From an uncultured Gemmatimonadales bacterium (GTDB lineage Bacteria > Gemmatimonadota > Gemmatimonadetes > Palauibacterales > Palauibacteraceae): a stretch of DNA of 64,000 bases. The notes under the pieces are model-generated. The model was not told where the DNA came from. It did no database searches and worked only from the letters and a program-made list of their open reading frames with translations. The position numbers were made by a program, and so were the translations under genes. Positions 20,339 to 29,466 of the stretch are shown here, in pieces; the stretch's first letter is position 1, and every line of letters starts with the position of its first letter. Location of the stretch: positions 20,908 to 84,907 of the forward strand of contig CAWANJ010000002.1 in NCBI GenBank assembly GCA_963783385.1. Direction: 5' to 3'.

Positions 20339-20559
20339 CCTCCATCCTCCACGTTGACCGTGACTCGCACCGCGTCCTCCCCCTCGACCTCCATGCGCGC
20401 GTATCGGGTGGTGACGAACCGACAATGCAGCTCGCCCGAGCCCGCTTCCTCCTGCTCGACCACGTGCGCGTCGGCGCGGCGCACCAGCTCGTCCCAGGCC
20501 AGGGCCCGCAGGGAGAAGAGCCGCGCTCGCGCCAGCTCCAGGGCTCGATCTCGATCCAC
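20293..20559 (-). CDS. hypothetical small acidic protein (88 aa)
   Basis: ORF with about 83% GC3 (coding-like): MDRDRALELARARLFSLRALAWDELVRRADAHVVEQEEAGSGELHCRFVTTRYARMEVEGEDAVRVTVNVEDGGWPVLEEDLEFVRFD. Its 3-prime end overlaps the start region of the downstream BNR lipoprotein gene. Confidence 0.4.
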   Translation of the reverse strand: MDRDRALELARARLFSLRALAWDELVRRADAHVVEQEEAGSGELHCRFVTTRYARMEVEGEDAVRVTVNVEDGGWPVLEEDLEFVRFD

Positions 20560-20571
20560 GAGCCGGGTCGC

Positions 20572-20862
20572 TCAGCCCGGGTCGTCCGCTTCGCCCGGGC
20601 GCGACTCCACCATCCCCACTTCCACGAGGAGACGGCGGGCACGGCGAAGGTCCTCGGGACGAACCATGACGCGGGCGGGATTGGGGGAGAGCGTGATGCC
20701 GGCGTAGGCGCCCCCCGCGTCATCCACGGCGATGGCGGCCGGAATGCCGCCGTCACGGAGGTAGCCTCCCGCCAGCTCGGCCTCGTAGCGCTGGCCGTAG
20801 GTGGCCACGACCGCCGCGCAACCCCGCATGTCGCACCCTCCTCCAGGGACGAAGTACACCAT
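20572..20862 (-). CDS. DUF2007-like putative signal-transducing small protein
   Basis: From ATG 20862 the sequence is MVYFVPGGGCDMRGCAAVVATYGQRYEAELAGGYLRDGGIPAAIAVDD..., which resembles the DUF2007 fold. It runs divergent from the 21003.. gene. Confidence 0.5.
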   Translation of the reverse strand: MVYFVPGGGCDMRGCAAVVATYGQRYEAELAGGYLRDGGIPAAIAVDDAGGAYAGITLSPNPARVMVRPEDLRRARRLLVEVGMVESRPGEADDPG

Positions 20863-21002
20863 CAAGTTGCCCTGCCGAGCGGGAACGGGCAACGCTCGAC
20901 GTGTTCGCGACGCCGCCGCACGGCTCCCTTGCCAATCCGCCGCCCGAGGCCGAACGTCAAGATACGAGAGCCCGGCGCATCCACGCCCCGCCCCGGGAGG
21001 TC

Positions 21003-22275
21003 ATGACGCCACCGAGTCCCGACGGGGAACCCGACCAGGACGCACGCGAGGGAGCCGAGCGGGCGCCCTCGCGCCTGCCAGCGCCCGTCGCGCGCTGTCT
21101 GGTGGATCTGGCCGTCGCCCTCAATCGCTTCTCGATGTATCCCCAGGGCCACCCGGCTCTGGCACCGGCGGCGGACGAGGTCCTCGATGCGCTCAGGGTC
21201 CTCCTGCGCGAGCAGGGGTCCATCTCGGTCGAGGGCCGCCGCGAGCGCGTGGTCGTGGGCGAGGCGACCAGCGACCCGGGCACGCCCCACCTGCGGGCGC
21301 TCGCCGCCAGGCTCCACGACCACCACCTGGCCCGCCTGACCTTCCTGGCCGGTCTCGAGGGTGACGAGCTCGCTTCGTTCCTGCGCGCGATGTCCACGGA
21401 GCCGTCGCGGGGCGGGGAGCCGCTCGGCCTGCGATCGGAAGGGGTCCGTTCCTGGCCGCACATCCGCATGGAACCGCAGCGCTACGATCCCCTCCGCCTG
21501 GACGAGGAGGGACGCGACCGGCTCGATGTGGATCCCTCCGGCGGCGCCGCCGGACCGGATCCGACGTCCGCGGCTCGGGCCGGCGTGGCGTCGCCGGGGG
21601 AGGCCCCGCCCGGCGCCGTCACCGCTGCTCCCCTCGGATCGCGCATCGGGGCGGGCGACCTGATGGCCGACGCCCCCGAGGACGTGGCCCGTCGGCTCGA
21701 AGAAGACCTCGGCGCGGAGGATGCGGACCGGATCGTGGCGTTCCAGATCATGCGCCTCGCCGAGCGTCTCTCGGAGGCGCGCGGACAGCAGGCGGAGCTC
21801 CTGCGCCGGCGCATGTCGCGCATGATCCTCCGCCTCCAGCCGGAGACGCTCGCCTACCTCCTCGAGTTCGGCGACGAGGGCCGTCGCGATGAAGACCTCC
21901 TGTTCAGCGCCGCCGGGTCCCTGAGCGTCGAAGCGGCGCTGCGGCTCGTGCGGGCTGCGGCGGCGAGGCACGACGAGGGGATCGAGGCCTGGCTCCTCCG
22001 GGTGGTCAACAAGCTGGCCATGTACGCCGGTCCCCGGGAGCGCCGAGCCGACGGACCCGGCGGGTCCGGGGCGGCCGCGGCGTCGCCGGAGTCCGCCGAG
22101 CGGGTGCACGACCTGGTCGACCGCATCGTGGATGATTGGAAGCTGGAGGATCCGCGCCCGACCCTGTACCGGAGCACGCTCCGCCGCATGGCCCGAACGG
22201 GCCCCTCGGAGGGTCGTCGCCCCACGGCGCAGCTGAGGATCGAGCCCGAGCGCTTCGTTCAGATGGGACTCGAGA
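21003..22275 (+). CDS. regulatory protein N-terminal part, paralogous to the N-domain of the adjacent HD-GYP protein; the frame continues without a stop, and the probable real continuation is the 22276..23232 frame
   Basis: Residues about 10 to 150 (VARCLVDLAVALNRFSMYPQGHPALAPAADEVLDALRVLL...FLAGLEGDELASFLRAMS) align with the N-terminus of the 23229.. gene (LTAVGQALSALRLYAEGHPARAEAVDRVRRTLQAVL...VAPGVTEDELARFLSEA). Third-position GC stays high until about 22255. After that this frame becomes Arg/Gly/Pro junk, although no stop occurs until 24395. Confidence 0.6.
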
Positions 22276-23232
22276 ATGGACGAGCCCGCCCGCGACGTCG
22301 ACGGAGCCGTGGTGACGCTGCTCGAGGAGCGTCGGGTCCCGGAGCTGATCGAGATGGCCGAGGCCGTCCCGGAGCCGAACCGGGCCGCCGAAGCCCTGTG
22401 GAATCGGCTGGCCGTGCCCGAGACGGTCGAGGGCCTGCTCCACGAGCCCAACCCGGACTTCGAGCTCCTGCGCCGCGTCGTCGAGCGCGCGGGCGCCGCG
22501 GTCGCCGGCCCGCTCCTCGACGCCCTGTCGGACTCCAATGCCGGATCGCGGGCCTACTGGCACAACGTGTTCGGCCTCCTGCTGCAGATCGGAGAGCCGG
22601 TGGCCGATCTCGTGCCCGAGCGCCTCGAGGACGAGCACTGGTTCGTCCGCCGGAATCTACTGGCACTCCTGTACGAGCTTCCCCGCCGCCCCGAGGGCTT
22701 CACGGCGCTGCCCTACCTGGAGGAGTCCGAGCCGCGGGTGCGCGCCGAGGCGCTGCGCCTGGCCCTCGAGGAGCCGGCCGGGAGGGAGCCGGCCCTGGCC
22801 GCCGGGCTCCTGGACGACAACGAACGTGTGGTGGGCCTGGCGCTGTCGGCCGCCACCGAGGAGCTCCCCGGGTCCCTGGAGCCGCTGGTGATCCGCCGCG
22901 CCTCGGACGGGTCGCTGGCCCCGGCCCTGCGCAGCCGGGCGGTTCGCATCCTGGCCGAGCGACCGTCGCGGTCGGCCCTCCGCGCGCTGGTGGACATCGT
23001 CTGGGCCCGCCGCTGGCTCTTCTGGCGACGCCTGGCCGAGCCGTCCGGGCCCGTCCTCGCCGCGCTGGAGGCGCTGAGCCGGCGGTGGGCAGACGCCGCG
23101 GAGGCCCGTCCGGCCCTGGAGGCGGCTCGCTCCAGCGACGACGAGCGCGTTCGGGAGGCCGTGGCGGCCTCGCCGGCCCGTGGCCACGGCGACGGCAACG
23201 GACGCCGACCGCGAGGGGAGGGCGACGGGTGA
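22276..23232 (+). CDS. HEAT/PBS-lyase-like repeat protein, likely the C-terminal part of the 21003.. gene after a frame change
   Basis: About 90% GC3 over 318 codons. Helical repeats of the LLxDxxxxVRxxAxxAL type (LLDALSDSNAGSRAYWHNV..., WFVRRNLLALLYEL, EPRVRAEALRLALEE, LLDDNERVVGLALSAATEE). The frame opens after a TGA at 22234. The stop TGA overlaps the GTG start of the HD-GYP gene. Confidence 0.6.
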   Translation: MDEPARDVDGAVVTLLEERRVPELIEMAEAVPEPNRAAEALWNRLAVPETVEGLLHEPNPDFELLRRVVERAGAAVAGPLLDALSDSNAGSRAYWHNVFGLLLQIGEPVADLVPERLEDEHWFVRRNLLALLYELPRRPEGFTALPYLEESEPRVRAEALRLALEEPAGREPALAAGLLDDNERVVGLALSAATEELPGSLEPLVIRRASDGSLAPALRSRAVRILAERPSRSALRALVDIVWARRWLFWRRLAEPSGPVLAALEALSRRWADAAEARPALEAARSSDDERVREAVAASPARGHGDGNGRRPRGEGDG

Positions 23233-24395
23233 ACGAGACTCCGGCCATCGAGTTTCTAACCGCCGTGGGCCAGGCTCTGTCCGCACTGCGTCTCTATGCG
23301 GAGGGGCACCCCGCGCGGGCCGAGGCGGTGGACCGCGTGCGCCGCACGCTGCAGGCGGTCTTGAACGAGGGAGCCGGACAGACGGCACGCTTCACCTTCC
23401 TCGGCGACGACGTGGTGGTGGGCGACCGGCGCCTGCGTGGGCTCGGGGGCTGGTCCTGGGGCCGGCAGCTCGCCGCGACCGGCATCGAGCGCCTGGAGGT
23501 GGCGCCGGGCGTCACCGAGGACGAGCTGGCGCGGTTCCTGTCCGAGGCCGTCCGGCGGCTGGACGCGGCCGGCCGCCGGGGCGCCCCGGGCGGTGGCCGC
23601 GAGGCCGGGTCGCGTATCGCGGACCCGCGAGAGCCCGGGATGAGCCTGGAGCACCTGCGGTTCGGGTGGGTGGCTGAGGCTGGCGAGACGGAGTGGAACG
23701 GCGAGCTGGACGGGACGCTCCGGGAGATCGGCGGGTTGTTCGAGGGTGCCAGGGACGAGGGCTCGGTCGAGGCGACGGTGGCGGCCGCCGTGGTGGAGGC
23801 CGTGGGCGCGGCGGTCCAGCAGAGCCGCAATCTCCTGCGGCTCCTCGTTCCGCTCAGGGACATCGACCAGTACAGCACCATCCACTCGATGAACGTGTCC
23901 GTGCTCTCCATCGGGCTGGCGGAACGGGTCGGCTACGGCCGGAAGGACGTGCGCTCGGTCGGCAAGGCCGCGCTCCTGCACGACGTGGGCAAGAGCCTCG
24001 TACCGGACGAGATCCTCAAGAAGCCGGGCACGCTCACCCCCGAGGAGTGGACCATCGTGAAGCGCCATCCCGTCAATGGCGCCCGAATCCTGTTCCGCTC
24101 GCGTGATGGCCTCGGCGTGGCGGCCGTGGTGGCGTACGAGCACCACATGACCTGGGATGGAGGCGGCTATCCCGACCGTCGCTTCGCCCGGCCGGTCCAC
24201 CCGGCCACACAGCTGGTGCAGGTGTGCAATGTGTACGATGCCCTGCGCACCGAGCGCCCCTTCCGGGGTCCGTGGAGCGAGGATCGCATCGTGGCGCACC
24301 TGCGGGCCGGGGCGGGAGAGGCGTTCAGCCCCGAGATGGTCGAGCTGTTCCTGGGCATGCTGGAGGCCTTCCAGGAGGACGCGCCGAAGGATTGA
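23229..24395 (+). CDS. HD-GYP domain cyclic-di-GMP phosphodiesterase with N-terminal sensor-like domain
   Basis: The GTG start overlaps the upstream stop (GTGA). The C-terminal HD-GYP domain reads IHSMNVSVLSIGLAERVG...ALLHDVGKSLVPDEILKKPGTLTPEEWTIVKRHPVNGARIL...AYEHHMTWDGGGYPD. Confidence 0.85.
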   Translation: MNETPAIEFLTAVGQALSALRLYAEGHPARAEAVDRVRRTLQAVLNEGAGQTARFTFLGDDVVVGDRRLRGLGGWSWGRQLAATGIERLEVAPGVTEDELARFLSEAVRRLDAAGRRGAPGGGREAGSRIADPREPGMSLEHLRFGWVAEAGETEWNGELDGTLREIGGLFEGARDEGSVEATVAAAVVEAVGAAVQQSRNLLRLLVPLRDIDQYSTIHSMNVSVLSIGLAERVGYGRKDVRSVGKAALLHDVGKSLVPDEILKKPGTLTPEEWTIVKRHPVNGARILFRSRDGLGVAAVVAYEHHMTWDGGGYPDRRFARPVHPATQLVQVCNVYDALRTERPFRGPWSEDRIVAHLRAGAGEAFSPEMVELFLGMLEAFQEDAPKD

Positions 24396-24626
24396 GCCGG
24401 ACCCTCCTCCACGGCACCCCGTGGGCGGAGTCCTATGCGGGAATCGGCAAACTCCCGACAGACACCGAATTTCGTGCGCCTTATTCTGCGGCACGTCCCG
24501 CGATGGCGCACCTCGCGGCCCTCCTGTCCCACCACCGGCACGAGCGTCTCGGCGAACGCGAAGGTGTGGCTCGCCGGCCTGTCGATCGCCGCGGGCGGCT
24601 CGCGGCAGGTCCCCAATCCGGACGGC

Positions 24627-24653
24627 GGACGGGCTCCACACGGGAGCCCGTCC
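24627..24653. terminator. perfect 11-bp stem hairpin (ggacgggctcc-acac-ggagcccgtcc) between the convergent HD-GYP and M20 peptidase genes
   Basis: Perfect inverted repeat in the 286-bp convergent intergenic region. It is a bidirectional terminator candidate. Confidence 0.5.
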
Positions 24654-24681
24654 CGGGGGCCCGGGAGACGGGCTGGCTGTC

Positions 24682-25830
24682 TCAGCGGCAGTACGCCTCG
24701 GCGGTGTGGGCCAGGATGTCGGCGAGCCGGTGGACGGACTCCAGCTCGACCCACTCCTCCGCCGCGTGCGCTCCGGCGCCGGCCGGCCCCAGGATCACGG
24801 TGTCGATGCCGGCGGCCGCCAGCAGCGCGGCATCCATCCAGTAGCTCTCCCCCACATCCCCGGACGGACCTCCCAGCCGGGCCGCCATCTCACGGCGCAG
24901 GGTGCCGGCGAGTTCCGATCGGGGATCGGCTTCGAAGGCCACTCGCCACAGCAGCGGTTCGACGGTGGCGTCGAACTCGGGATCCTCGGCCCGGATCGAG
25001 TCCACGAGTCCGCGGATCTCCGCCAGGACGGCCTCGGGCGTCTCGCCCGGCAGGGTCCGTCGCTCGATCTCCAGCCGGCAGCGAGCCGCGTAGGTGCTGG
25101 GACCCGTCCCGCCCTGGAGCCTGGCCGCGTGCAGGGAGGGAGGGCCCAGCAGGGGATGGCCGGAACGGGAGCGGAGCTCGCGCTCCAGGCCCTCGAGCCG
25201 GCCCAGGATCCGGCCCATGCGGAGGTTGGAGTCCACCCCCTCGTCGAAGCGGCTGCCGTGCGCCGCGCGTCCCCGGGTCTCGACCGCGATCCAGGCGAAG
25301 CCCTTGTGCGCCACGCACAGGCGCAGGTCCGTCGGCTCGGTGACCACGGCTCCGTCCGGGCGGACGGCGGACAGGAGCTCGTGCATTCCGAAGCTCTCGT
25401 GCTCTTCGTCCGCCACGAAGCCGAGGTGCAGGTCTCCGGATAGGTCGGAGGAAGCCTCGACGAGCGAGCGGGCGGCGGCCAGGCAGGCCGCCAGACCGCT
25501 CTTCATGTCGTAGGCCCCGCGGCCGTAGAGTCGTCCCTCACGGATCGCGGCGCCGAACGGGTCCTCCATGCCCTCCACCCCGACCGTGTCCAGGTGCGCG
25601 TACAGCAGGAGGGAGCGTCCCCCGCCTCGGCCTCTCAGGGTGCCCAGCACGCTCGGCCGACCGGGGCGCTTCTGGAGGAGAGTCACCTCGAGGTCGAGGG
25701 CCTGCAGGCACCTGGCCACGCGACGCGCCAGCTCCGCCTCCCCCGGTCCCCCGAACGCGGGATTGATCGAGTCGATGGCCACGAGGTCCCGGAGGACTCG
25801 CAGGGTCCAGGACCGGTCGACCGGGCTCAT
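24682..25830 (-). CDS. M20-family metallopeptidase (ArgE/DapE-like deacylase)
   Basis: Motifs LLLYAHLDTVGV, GRGAYDMKSGLAACLAA, LGFVADEEHESFG and a dimerization-domain insert. Confidence 0.8.
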   Translation of the reverse strand: MSPVDRSWTLRVLRDLVAIDSINPAFGGPGEAELARRVARCLQALDLEVTLLQKRPGRPSVLGTLRGRGGGRSLLLYAHLDTVGVEGMEDPFGAAIREGRLYGRGAYDMKSGLAACLAAARSLVEASSDLSGDLHLGFVADEEHESFGMHELLSAVRPDGAVVTEPTDLRLCVAHKGFAWIAVETRGRAAHGSRFDEGVDSNLRMGRILGRLEGLERELRSRSGHPLLGPPSLHAARLQGGTGPSTYAARCRLEIERRTLPGETPEAVLAEIRGLVDSIRAEDPEFDATVEPLLWRVAFEADPRSELAGTLRREMAARLGGPSGDVGESYWMDAALLAAAGIDTVILGPAGAGAHAAEEWVELESVHRLADILAHTAEAYCR

Positions 25831-25946
25831 GCTCCACGTCGCGGGTGACGGGCCGCGCCTCGCAGGAGGTCATACGTACGTATCATATCCTGGACCCTCT
25901 GCTATCTAGAGGGTTACGGCATGTGTCGACGACCGTATGCCGCCGC

Positions 25947-26306
25947 TCAGATCGTGGCCAGCGCGCGCTTGCCGTCCTCGCTGAGCAGCACCCAGAACGT
26001 GTACACGGCCAGCGCTGTGCCGAGCGGGACGTGGAGGATCTCGAAGGCGGCCACGATCAGGAGGACGACCCGTGCCCAGGGCTTCCCCCGGAGGAGGCCG
26101 AAGCCCCCCACGATCCCGGGAAGCGACACGACGACCAGGTAGCCGGCGCCAATGGTGGCCACGGCCGAGGTGATGGCCATGGCGCGCAGGTCTCCCGACA
26201 GGAGGCCGCCCCCCAGGATGGTGACGAACAGGAACAGGGCCGCCAGGAGGCCGAAGGCCCCGAGTACGATCTGCAGCACGGCCACGGCGGTGATGTGGTT
26301 CTTCAT
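25947..26306 (-). CDS. hypothetical small membrane protein (3 to 4 TM helices)
   Basis: MKNHITAVAVLQIVLGAFGLLAALFLFVTILGGGLLSG...VVSLPGIVGGFGLLRGKPWARVVLLIVAAFEILHVPLGTALAVYTFWVLL. An RBS ggagg sits 7 nt upstream. Confidence 0.5.
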   Translation of the reverse strand: MKNHITAVAVLQIVLGAFGLLAALFLFVTILGGGLLSGDLRAMAITSAVATIGAGYLVVVSLPGIVGGFGLLRGKPWARVVLLIVAAFEILHVPLGTALAVYTFWVLLSEDGKRALATI

Positions 26307-26320
26307 GGCTCCTCCAGGCT

Positions 26321-26458
26321 TCAGGTGCCTTCCTTCCTGAGACGCTCCAGCTCGGAGCGGATGCGGCGGTCATCGGGCCGCAGGGAGGCAGCCTGCTCCA
26401 GGGCGGCGATGGCCGCCGATCGGTCGCCCCCGGCCTCCGGGATTCGCTTCGCGTCCAC
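26321..26458 (-). CDS. possible small ORF (about 45 aa, GTG start) ending 15 nt upstream of the membrane-protein gene
   Basis: GC3 is about 87%. The sequence VDAKRIPEAGGDRSAAIAALEQAASLRPDDRRIRSELERLRKEGT is TPR-like and helical. No ATG start is present. It could be a remnant or a leader peptide. Confidence 0.3.
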   Translation of the reverse strand: MDAKRIPEAGGDRSAAIAALEQAASLRPDDRRIRSELERLRKEGT

Positions 26459-26684
26459 GAGCCGGTCGGCCAGCGCTCCTGGTTCAGGTAGTCGACCCTA
26501 CGCAGCATGAAGCGGGCTTTGCGCTTGGTCGCCCTGTCGTCGGACTTGAAGTTCCACTCCGAGAATGGCTGACCTTCCTTGCCGACGTGGAAGAACTGGC
26601 AGCGCACACGGAAAGCGTCCGGCCGGTTCGGCGGCGACGGCGAGTTCGGACCATGGAGGACCGGGGCGCGGACCCGCCCCGGTC

Positions 26685-27308
26685 CTATCCGGGGCCGCCC
26701 AGCCCGCCCAGACCGCTGTCCGCCGCCTCGAACGTCCCGCGGGTTCGGACGTCCCGACTGCCCGCGGCGCCCGGCACTCGCCAGGTCACGTCGAAGCGTC
26801 CGCAGATCGCCCCGCCGTCGACCTCGTCCAGGCTGAGGGTGCCCTGACGCGGGACGAAGTCGCGTCCGTTCAGGGCGTCCGCGTCGAACATGTACAGCTC
26901 GCCGGTGACCGTCGAACGCTTCGCCGCGCCCGCCGCGGCCCCGCTCCCGGACCCCCCGGCCGACACGGTGAAGTCGCCGGCCGCCGGGAGTGCGCCCAGT
27001 CCGTCGATGGAGAAGCGCATCTCCCACCGTCCGGTCTGGGGTTCGGTGAGCGTCAGGCGCAGGGCCTTCGCCCCGCCCGGCTGGTCCACGAGCGCGAAGA
27101 ACGCCTCTCCGGCCAGTCCCGCCGTCAGGCTGCCCGTCGCCTCTCCCGAGACCCGGCCGCTGGTCGCCGCCGCTTCGCCGCACGTGGGCGGCCGTCCCCG
27201 CGCCTCCCCGGACGCCGACGGCGGGAGCGAGCCGGCCCGTGGCAGCGGTCCCAGGGCCGCGGTGCCGAGCACCAGGATCGAGGCAAAGCTCCGCGCGACT
27301 GGCTTCAT
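26685..27308 (-). CDS. hypothetical secreted protein
   Basis: Signal peptide MKPVARSFASILVLGTAALGPLP followed by a Gly/Ala/Ser-rich beta-rich sequence. It has coding-like GC3, and I recognise no family. Confidence 0.45.
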   Translation of the reverse strand: MKPVARSFASILVLGTAALGPLPRAGSLPPSASGEARGRPPTCGEAAATSGRVSGEATGSLTAGLAGEAFFALVDQPGGAKALRLTLTEPQTGRWEMRFSIDGLGALPAAGDFTVSAGGSGSGAAAGAAKRSTVTGELYMFDADALNGRDFVPRQGTLSLDEVDGGAICGRFDVTWRVPGAAGSRDVRTRGTFEAADSGLGGLGGPG

Positions 27309-27593
27309 GGACGATGGCGACGGGGTCATGGGTGGACTGCAGGGTTCACTCTAGACTCCGAAAGCTCGCCGTCCCGGGGTCGCCCGTCAAAGGGCCGCTC
27401 CGAACTCGGTCGTGAATCAGAGCGTGTGGCCTGAATCCACGGTGATGACGTCGAAGAACCCCTGGATCCACAGGTTGTGGCTGGCGTGCAGGAACATCCC
27501 GGTCCACACGCTCCCCCAGCGCAGCCGCAGCCAGGCCATGGGAAAGGATATGCCGACCCGACCTCGCCGGGCTCGCCGGGGTAGAGGAGCGAG

Positions 27594-28280
27594 ATGAACA
27601 GTCCGCACCTGTACCGGTCGGCCGGCCGGGGAGGCTCCTCTCCCACCGTGGCCGAGGAAGTGGCGGCGTGGCTGACGCACGGCGCGGGCTTCGTGGCCAG
27701 CGTGGTGGCCGGCGGTGTGCTCGTGTGGGCCGCCGCGAGCCACGCGGGCGGCCTCCGGCCCGCGGGCATCGCCGCCGTGGCGGTGTACGCGGTCAGCCTC
27801 AGCCTCCTGTACGCGGCATCGACGGCCTACCACGCCACGCGTCACCCGCGCTGGAAGCCGCTCCTTCGGCTGGCCGATCACTGCGCCATCTTCCTCCTCA
27901 TCGCGGGGACGTACACCCCCGTGGCGGTGCTCGGCCTCGGCTTCGAACGCTCGCGCTGGCTGCTCGCCCTGGTGTGGGGCATGGCGGTCGTCGGGATCCT
28001 GGTCAAGCTGCGCTGGATGGGCCGCTTTCCGATTCTGACGCCCCTCTTCTACCTGGCCATGGGCTGGACCGGCGTGTTCGCGCTGCGGCCCTTGCTGGCG
28101 ACGGTCGGGACCGGGGTGGTGGAGTGGCTGGTGGCGGGCGGTGTGGTCTACACGCTGGGCGTGGCGTTCTACGCCTGGAAGAGACTGCCCTTCAACCACA
28201 CCGTGTGGCACCTGTTCGTCCTGGGCGGGAGCGTGTGCCACTTCGTGGCTATCGCGCTGGTGGTGGGCGCGCGCGGCTGA
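27594..28280 (+). CDS. hemolysin III / PAQR-family channel protein (YqfA-like)
   Basis: 7-TM protein with the conserved AYHATRHPRWKPLLRLADHCAIFLLIAGTYTP and HLFVLGGSVCHFVAIAL motifs. An RBS gaggag precedes it. Confidence 0.85.
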   Translation: MNSPHLYRSAGRGGSSPTVAEEVAAWLTHGAGFVASVVAGGVLVWAAASHAGGLRPAGIAAVAVYAVSLSLLYAASTAYHATRHPRWKPLLRLADHCAIFLLIAGTYTPVAVLGLGFERSRWLLALVWGMAVVGILVKLRWMGRFPILTPLFYLAMGWTGVFALRPLLATVGTGVVEWLVAGGVVYTLGVAFYAWKRLPFNHTVWHLFVLGGSVCHFVAIALVVGARG

Positions 28281-28370
28281 CGCGGCGGCCGCGAGGTACG
28301 GGCGGCCGGACGAAGGGAGCCACGGGGAGCCGGTCGTGCCCCGAGCCCGGGAGAACGGCGAGCGCGCTCC

Positions 28371-29294
28371 TCAGTATCGGGCCAGGTCTTCCCCTATGAC
28401 GATCCGTCCACTGAAGCCCGCCGCCCGGATGATCCCCTCCGACTCGACCTTCACGCGCGCCCGATAGATCACGTGGGTGAGGATGAGGAGCTTCGGCTGC
28501 GCCTTCGCGACCAGGCGGCCCAGCTCCCGATCGGAGGTGTGGAAGGCTTTCATGTAACGGGGCCAGTCGCTTCCGCCAGGTCGCTCCTCCGGGGCGAGTC
28601 TCGAGGCCGCGTACACCTCGTGGACCAGGACGTCGACCCCGGTGGCCTCCCGCTCCACTTCCGGGCTGGGACGGGTGTCCCCAGAGATCACCACCGAGCG
28701 GTCCGGCGTATCGATCCGGTAGCCCAGGGCCACCTTCCAGCTTCCGTGCTCGACCCGGAAGGCGGTGACCCGGACACCGCCACTGTCGTACACGACCCCG
28801 CCGCGCGTCTCGTGCACGTCCACCTTCCAGCCGCCCGGAGCCTCGTGCTCCAGTCCCTCCGTCCGGATCCGGATGTCCTCCGCGTAGGCCTCCGCCAGGT
28901 GGTCGGTCATGGCCTGCAGCCCCGGGGGGCCGTAGGCCTGGAGAGCGTGGCGGCGGCCCATGACCCAGGACGTGAAGATGAGGTCCGGGTAACCGAGCGT
29001 GTGGTCCGTGTGGAGGTGGGTGATGAACAGCGCCGTCGGACCAGCGATCGGGAGGTGGGCGGCCGCCATCTGGCGCTCCACGCCCGGACCGGCGTCGAAC
29101 AGGAAGGTACGGTCTCCGACGACGACCGCGGTGGCCGGTCCCTGGTGATGGGGATCCGGGCGGGGGAATCCCGTCCCGAGCAGGACGACCAGGGTGCTGT
29201 CGGGGGTCGGGCCGCCGTCGACGGACGGGGCGGCCGCGGGGGACGCCGCCAAAGTGGCCAGGTACACGATCAGCAGCACGGCGAGCGATCCCAT
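28371..29294 (-). CDS. secreted MBL-fold metallo-hydrolase
   Basis: From ATG 29294 (RBS ggagg): signal peptide MGSLAVLLIVYLATLAASPAAA, then the HxHxDH motif (FITHLHTDHTLGY) and downstream metal ligands (VHE, VEHG). Confidence 0.8.
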   Translation of the reverse strand: MGSLAVLLIVYLATLAASPAAAPSVDGGPTPDSTLVVLLGTGFPRPDPHHQGPATAVVVGDRTFLFDAGPGVERQMAAAHLPIAGPTALFITHLHTDHTLGYPDLIFTSWVMGRRHALQAYGPPGLQAMTDHLAEAYAEDIRIRTEGLEHEAPGGWKVDVHETRGGVVYDSGGVRVTAFRVEHGSWKVALGYRIDTPDRSVVISGDTRPSPEVEREATGVDVLVHEVYAASRLAPEERPGGSDWPRYMKAFHTSDRELGRLVAKAQPKLLILTHVIYRARVKVESEGIIRAAGFSGRIVIGEDLARY

Positions 29295-29466
29295 GGCAGC
29301 ACCTCCGCGGACCTGGGCGGGTTCACGTTCTGTCCCGACGGGATGCGAGCTTAGCCCGCCCGTCCCCGCCGCGCACGGGGCCGGTTGTGGTGGGGCACGA
29401 CGCGGCCTTAGATGGAGCGCGGACCGCGACCCTGACGCTCCGACGATCCCCGATCCGGAGGCGCCC

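Noticed and set aside
20901-24395. Single 1164-aa protein spanning the whole locus
   Set aside because: The central ~310 codons have about 45% GC3 and junk composition, while an alternative frame over the same stretch has about 90% GC3. The frame is open only because the two real genes flanking it happen to share a frame.
27417-27539. 40-codon Trp-rich ORF (MAWLRLRWGSVWTGMFLHASHNLWIQGFFDVITVDSGHTL) with about 95% GC3 in the divergent promoter region before the hemolysin III gene
   Set aside because: It has no RBS and no upstream continuation. Its HxxxN-like ending resembles the C-terminal motif of CPBP/CAAX proteases, so it is more likely a gene remnant than a functional ORF. It is noted in case homologues exist.
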